From Candidatus Pacearchaeota archaeon (GTDB taxonomy: Archaea; Nanobdellota; Nanobdellia; Pacearchaeales; DTIR01), in assembly GCA_016211995.1 (NCBI GenBank), contig JACRHU010000078.1:1-40265 (forward strand): a DNA stretch of 40,265 nucleotides, given 5' to 3'. The notes beneath the pieces are model-generated. The model worked only from the letters and a program-made list of their open reading frames with translations, ran no database searches and was not told the DNA's origin. How positions within the stretch are numbered: position 1 is the first letter of the stretch; each line of letters begins with the position of its first letter. The position numbers and the translations under genes are program-made. Positions 38,772-40,265 of the stretch are shown one piece after another.

Positions 38772-40265
38772 ATGGTGAAAAAAAATCAAATAAAAGAGGT
38801 AGCTTGGATTAGTGATTTGCATATAGGTACTGTTTTCTATAACCCAAAAATAATGGAGGGAGTAGGCAAAATTCTTTCTTCTAGGCAGGATTTAAGCGCT
38901 GTCATAATTGATGGTGGCCTTATTCCAAGAGTTCCAAGCCATTTCGGAAGAATGAATGCTCAATACTTTGAGATACTTGACCAAGATATCGGTGCAAAAT
39001 ACGGGAAAGCTGTTGAGGAGAAGGTAAAAAAATTGCATGAGCTCAAGGCAGGTATTGAAGAAGAAGGCAAGGCAAGAGTAGACAGCTTGGATGAATTGAT
39101 TGAGGTAGTTCAGCCTGAAATTAAAAAGATGAATTTGCCTGCAGGAGATATTGTATATTATGCTTGGGGAGAAGAAGATTATAGTAATGTCCAAGATCTA
39201 ATAGATACTAAGATTAGAGAATATATTGTTTTTAAGGATTCAAAAGCTGATGAGATAAAAGAACAGCTCGAAAGATCAGAAGAAACAAGAAAGGCAAAAT
39301 ATGAAGAAATAACGACAAAAAGAAAAGAGGTATCAAAATTAAAGCAACAAATGAAAAAGGGAGGAGATGAAAAAGAGCTTGAAAAAGCAAATGCAGAAAT
39401 ACAAAAATTAACGGGTGAGCTTGAACACTTAAATATAGCCTATGATAGTTTTAAAAAACATCTTGCAAATCTCGAATCAGAAAAAGATGCCTATTCTCGA
39501 GGGATAAGAAGTTTTACAAAAACATGGCAGCTTAGTCCAAGTGAGTATTCTAACCCTAAAAAAACAGGTGTTAAAAATAGGGCATTGAAAGCATATAAAG
39601 AATTATTGTATCCAATGTTTAAAGGAAAACATTTAAGATTAATTTCACATCTTGAAGAAATTGTAAATATTGATGGTTTGTCTTTAAATATTTCACATAA
39701 CAGAAATGCTATATCTTCAAACTCTATTCTTCCTTCTTCTCTAAAAAATAGAGTAAGTCAGACAAAGATGAAAAATAGAAGAGGAGAAAAAGTAGCAGAT
39801 ATAGATGCTGAAGCACATCATGGTGGCTTTAAAATATATGCTCAAAAAAGAAGTAGTGATTCAAATGATACAATATATTTCTTGCAAGTTCCTCCATTAC
39901 AGGATCCAAGAGAGGTTAAGAAAGCAAGAGAGAGGTGGGTTAAAACATGGGATACAAAAAGGTATTATGATCCATTTGCTTCTGGTTTAACATTAACAAG
40001 AAAAAGAGAAGATGGAGTATTGGAAGTTGAATTTTATTCTTCAGAGCTGCTAGAAAAAATAGCTACAAACGGAAAACTTTCTTTAGGAAAGAATGTGAAA
40101 ATAGAAATAATAAGTGATATGCACATAGGTGCTCCTAATGAAAGAGGTTATATGACTAATTATCAGATGATTGAGGCAATAAAAAAATATCAAGAATCAA
40201 GGCTTCCGGATATTGTTGTAGTTGGGGGAGACGCGATAAATGGAGAGCATTTAGATCAGATAATA
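38772..40265 (+). CDS. Partial (5' 498 codons) large protein with two calcineurin-like metallophosphoesterase N-motif modules separated by a coiled coil. It runs off the window end.
   Basis: ATG at 38772 follows an in-frame TGA at 38763, and the frame stays open to base 40265. It is absent from the ORF track because it has no stop. Module 1 has VAWISDLHIG, VIIDGG and AEAHHGG. Module 2 has IEIISDMHIG and VVVGGDAINGEH. Confidence 0.7.
   Translation, partial: MVKKNQIKEVAWISDLHIGTVFYNPKIMEGVGKILSSRQDLSAVIIDGGLIPRVPSHFGRMNAQYFEILDQDIGAKYGKAVEEKVKKLHELKAGIEEEGKARVDSLDELIEVVQPEIKKMNLPAGDIVYYAWGEEDYSNVQDLIDTKIREYIVFKDSKADEIKEQLERSEETRKAKYEEITTKRKEVSKLKQQMKKGGDEKELEKANAEIQKLTGELEHLNIAYDSFKKHLANLESEKDAYSRGIRSFTKTWQLSPSEYSNPKKTGVKNRALKAYKELLYPMFKGKHLRLISHLEEIVNIDGLSLNISHNRNAISSNSILPSSLKNRVSQTKMKNRRGEKVADIDAEAHHGGFKIYAQKRSSDSNDTIYFLQVPPLQDPREVKKARERWVKTWDTKRYYDPFASGLTLTRKREDGVLEVEFYSSELLEKIATNGKLSLGKNVKIEIISDMHIGAPNERGYMTNYQMIEAIKKYQESRLPDIVVVGGDAINGEHLDQII

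Noticed and set aside
38892-39990. ORFs 38892-39194 (minus) and 39805-39990 (plus)
   Set aside because: Both lie inside or out of frame with the 498-codon open frame 38772-40265, which has metallophosphoesterase motifs. They appear in the ORF track only because the real ORF lacks a stop in the window.
1-40265. CRISPR arrays, rRNA genes, integrases or transposases
   Set aside because: I found no regularly spaced direct repeats with unique spacers, no rRNA-like conserved blocks, and no ORF with recombinase or transposase motifs. The only tandem repeat (9121-9172) is coding, and the only mobile-type genes are the two LAGLIDADG endonucleases.

Overview
Strongly AT-rich 40.3 kb fragment that reads as a small-genome, DPANN-like archaeon. 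The archaeal markers are an archaeo-eukaryotic primase small subunit, a Dph2 fragment, a geranylgeranyl reductase, an archaeal-type short ThyA, and four tRNA genes that are all interrupted by introns. GGAGG-type ribosome-binding sites are common and many genes overlap by 4-23 nt. Housekeeping content: smc, rnhB, purF, priS-like, pfkB kinase, pgk, pyrB, HDAC-family deacetylase, ogt, mpg, panD, a VIT1/CCC1 transporter, a HAD phosphatase and a CheY-like receiver. Main second-look items: (1) an 11-gene, translationally coupled minus-strand cluster (13210-23606) combining two vWA proteins, a MoxR-type AAA+, a HExxH-vWA protein, a pyruvate-kinase-like barrel, a Ham1 ITPase, a ThyA-fold enzyme, a divergent QueC-like PP-loop enzyme and four orphan proteins. 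I cannot assign it to any described system. (2) An SMC whose Walker A is split by a LAGLIDADG intein and whose coiled-coil apex carries a Rad50-type CPVCG hook instead of a hinge. (3) An initiator-like tRNA-Met that only folds if four introns are removed, plus 63-nt and 96-nt introns in tRNA-Thr and tRNA-Leu. (4) A free-standing RHH + LAGLIDADG cassette in the 5' end of mpg that carries a replacement mpg 5' end. (5) Two families of short intergenic repeats: inverted TTTGCACATAA pairs flanked by direct repeats at gene 3' ends, and a twin-hairpin AGGATCCT element. All domain calls come from motif recognition by eye. No searches were run.
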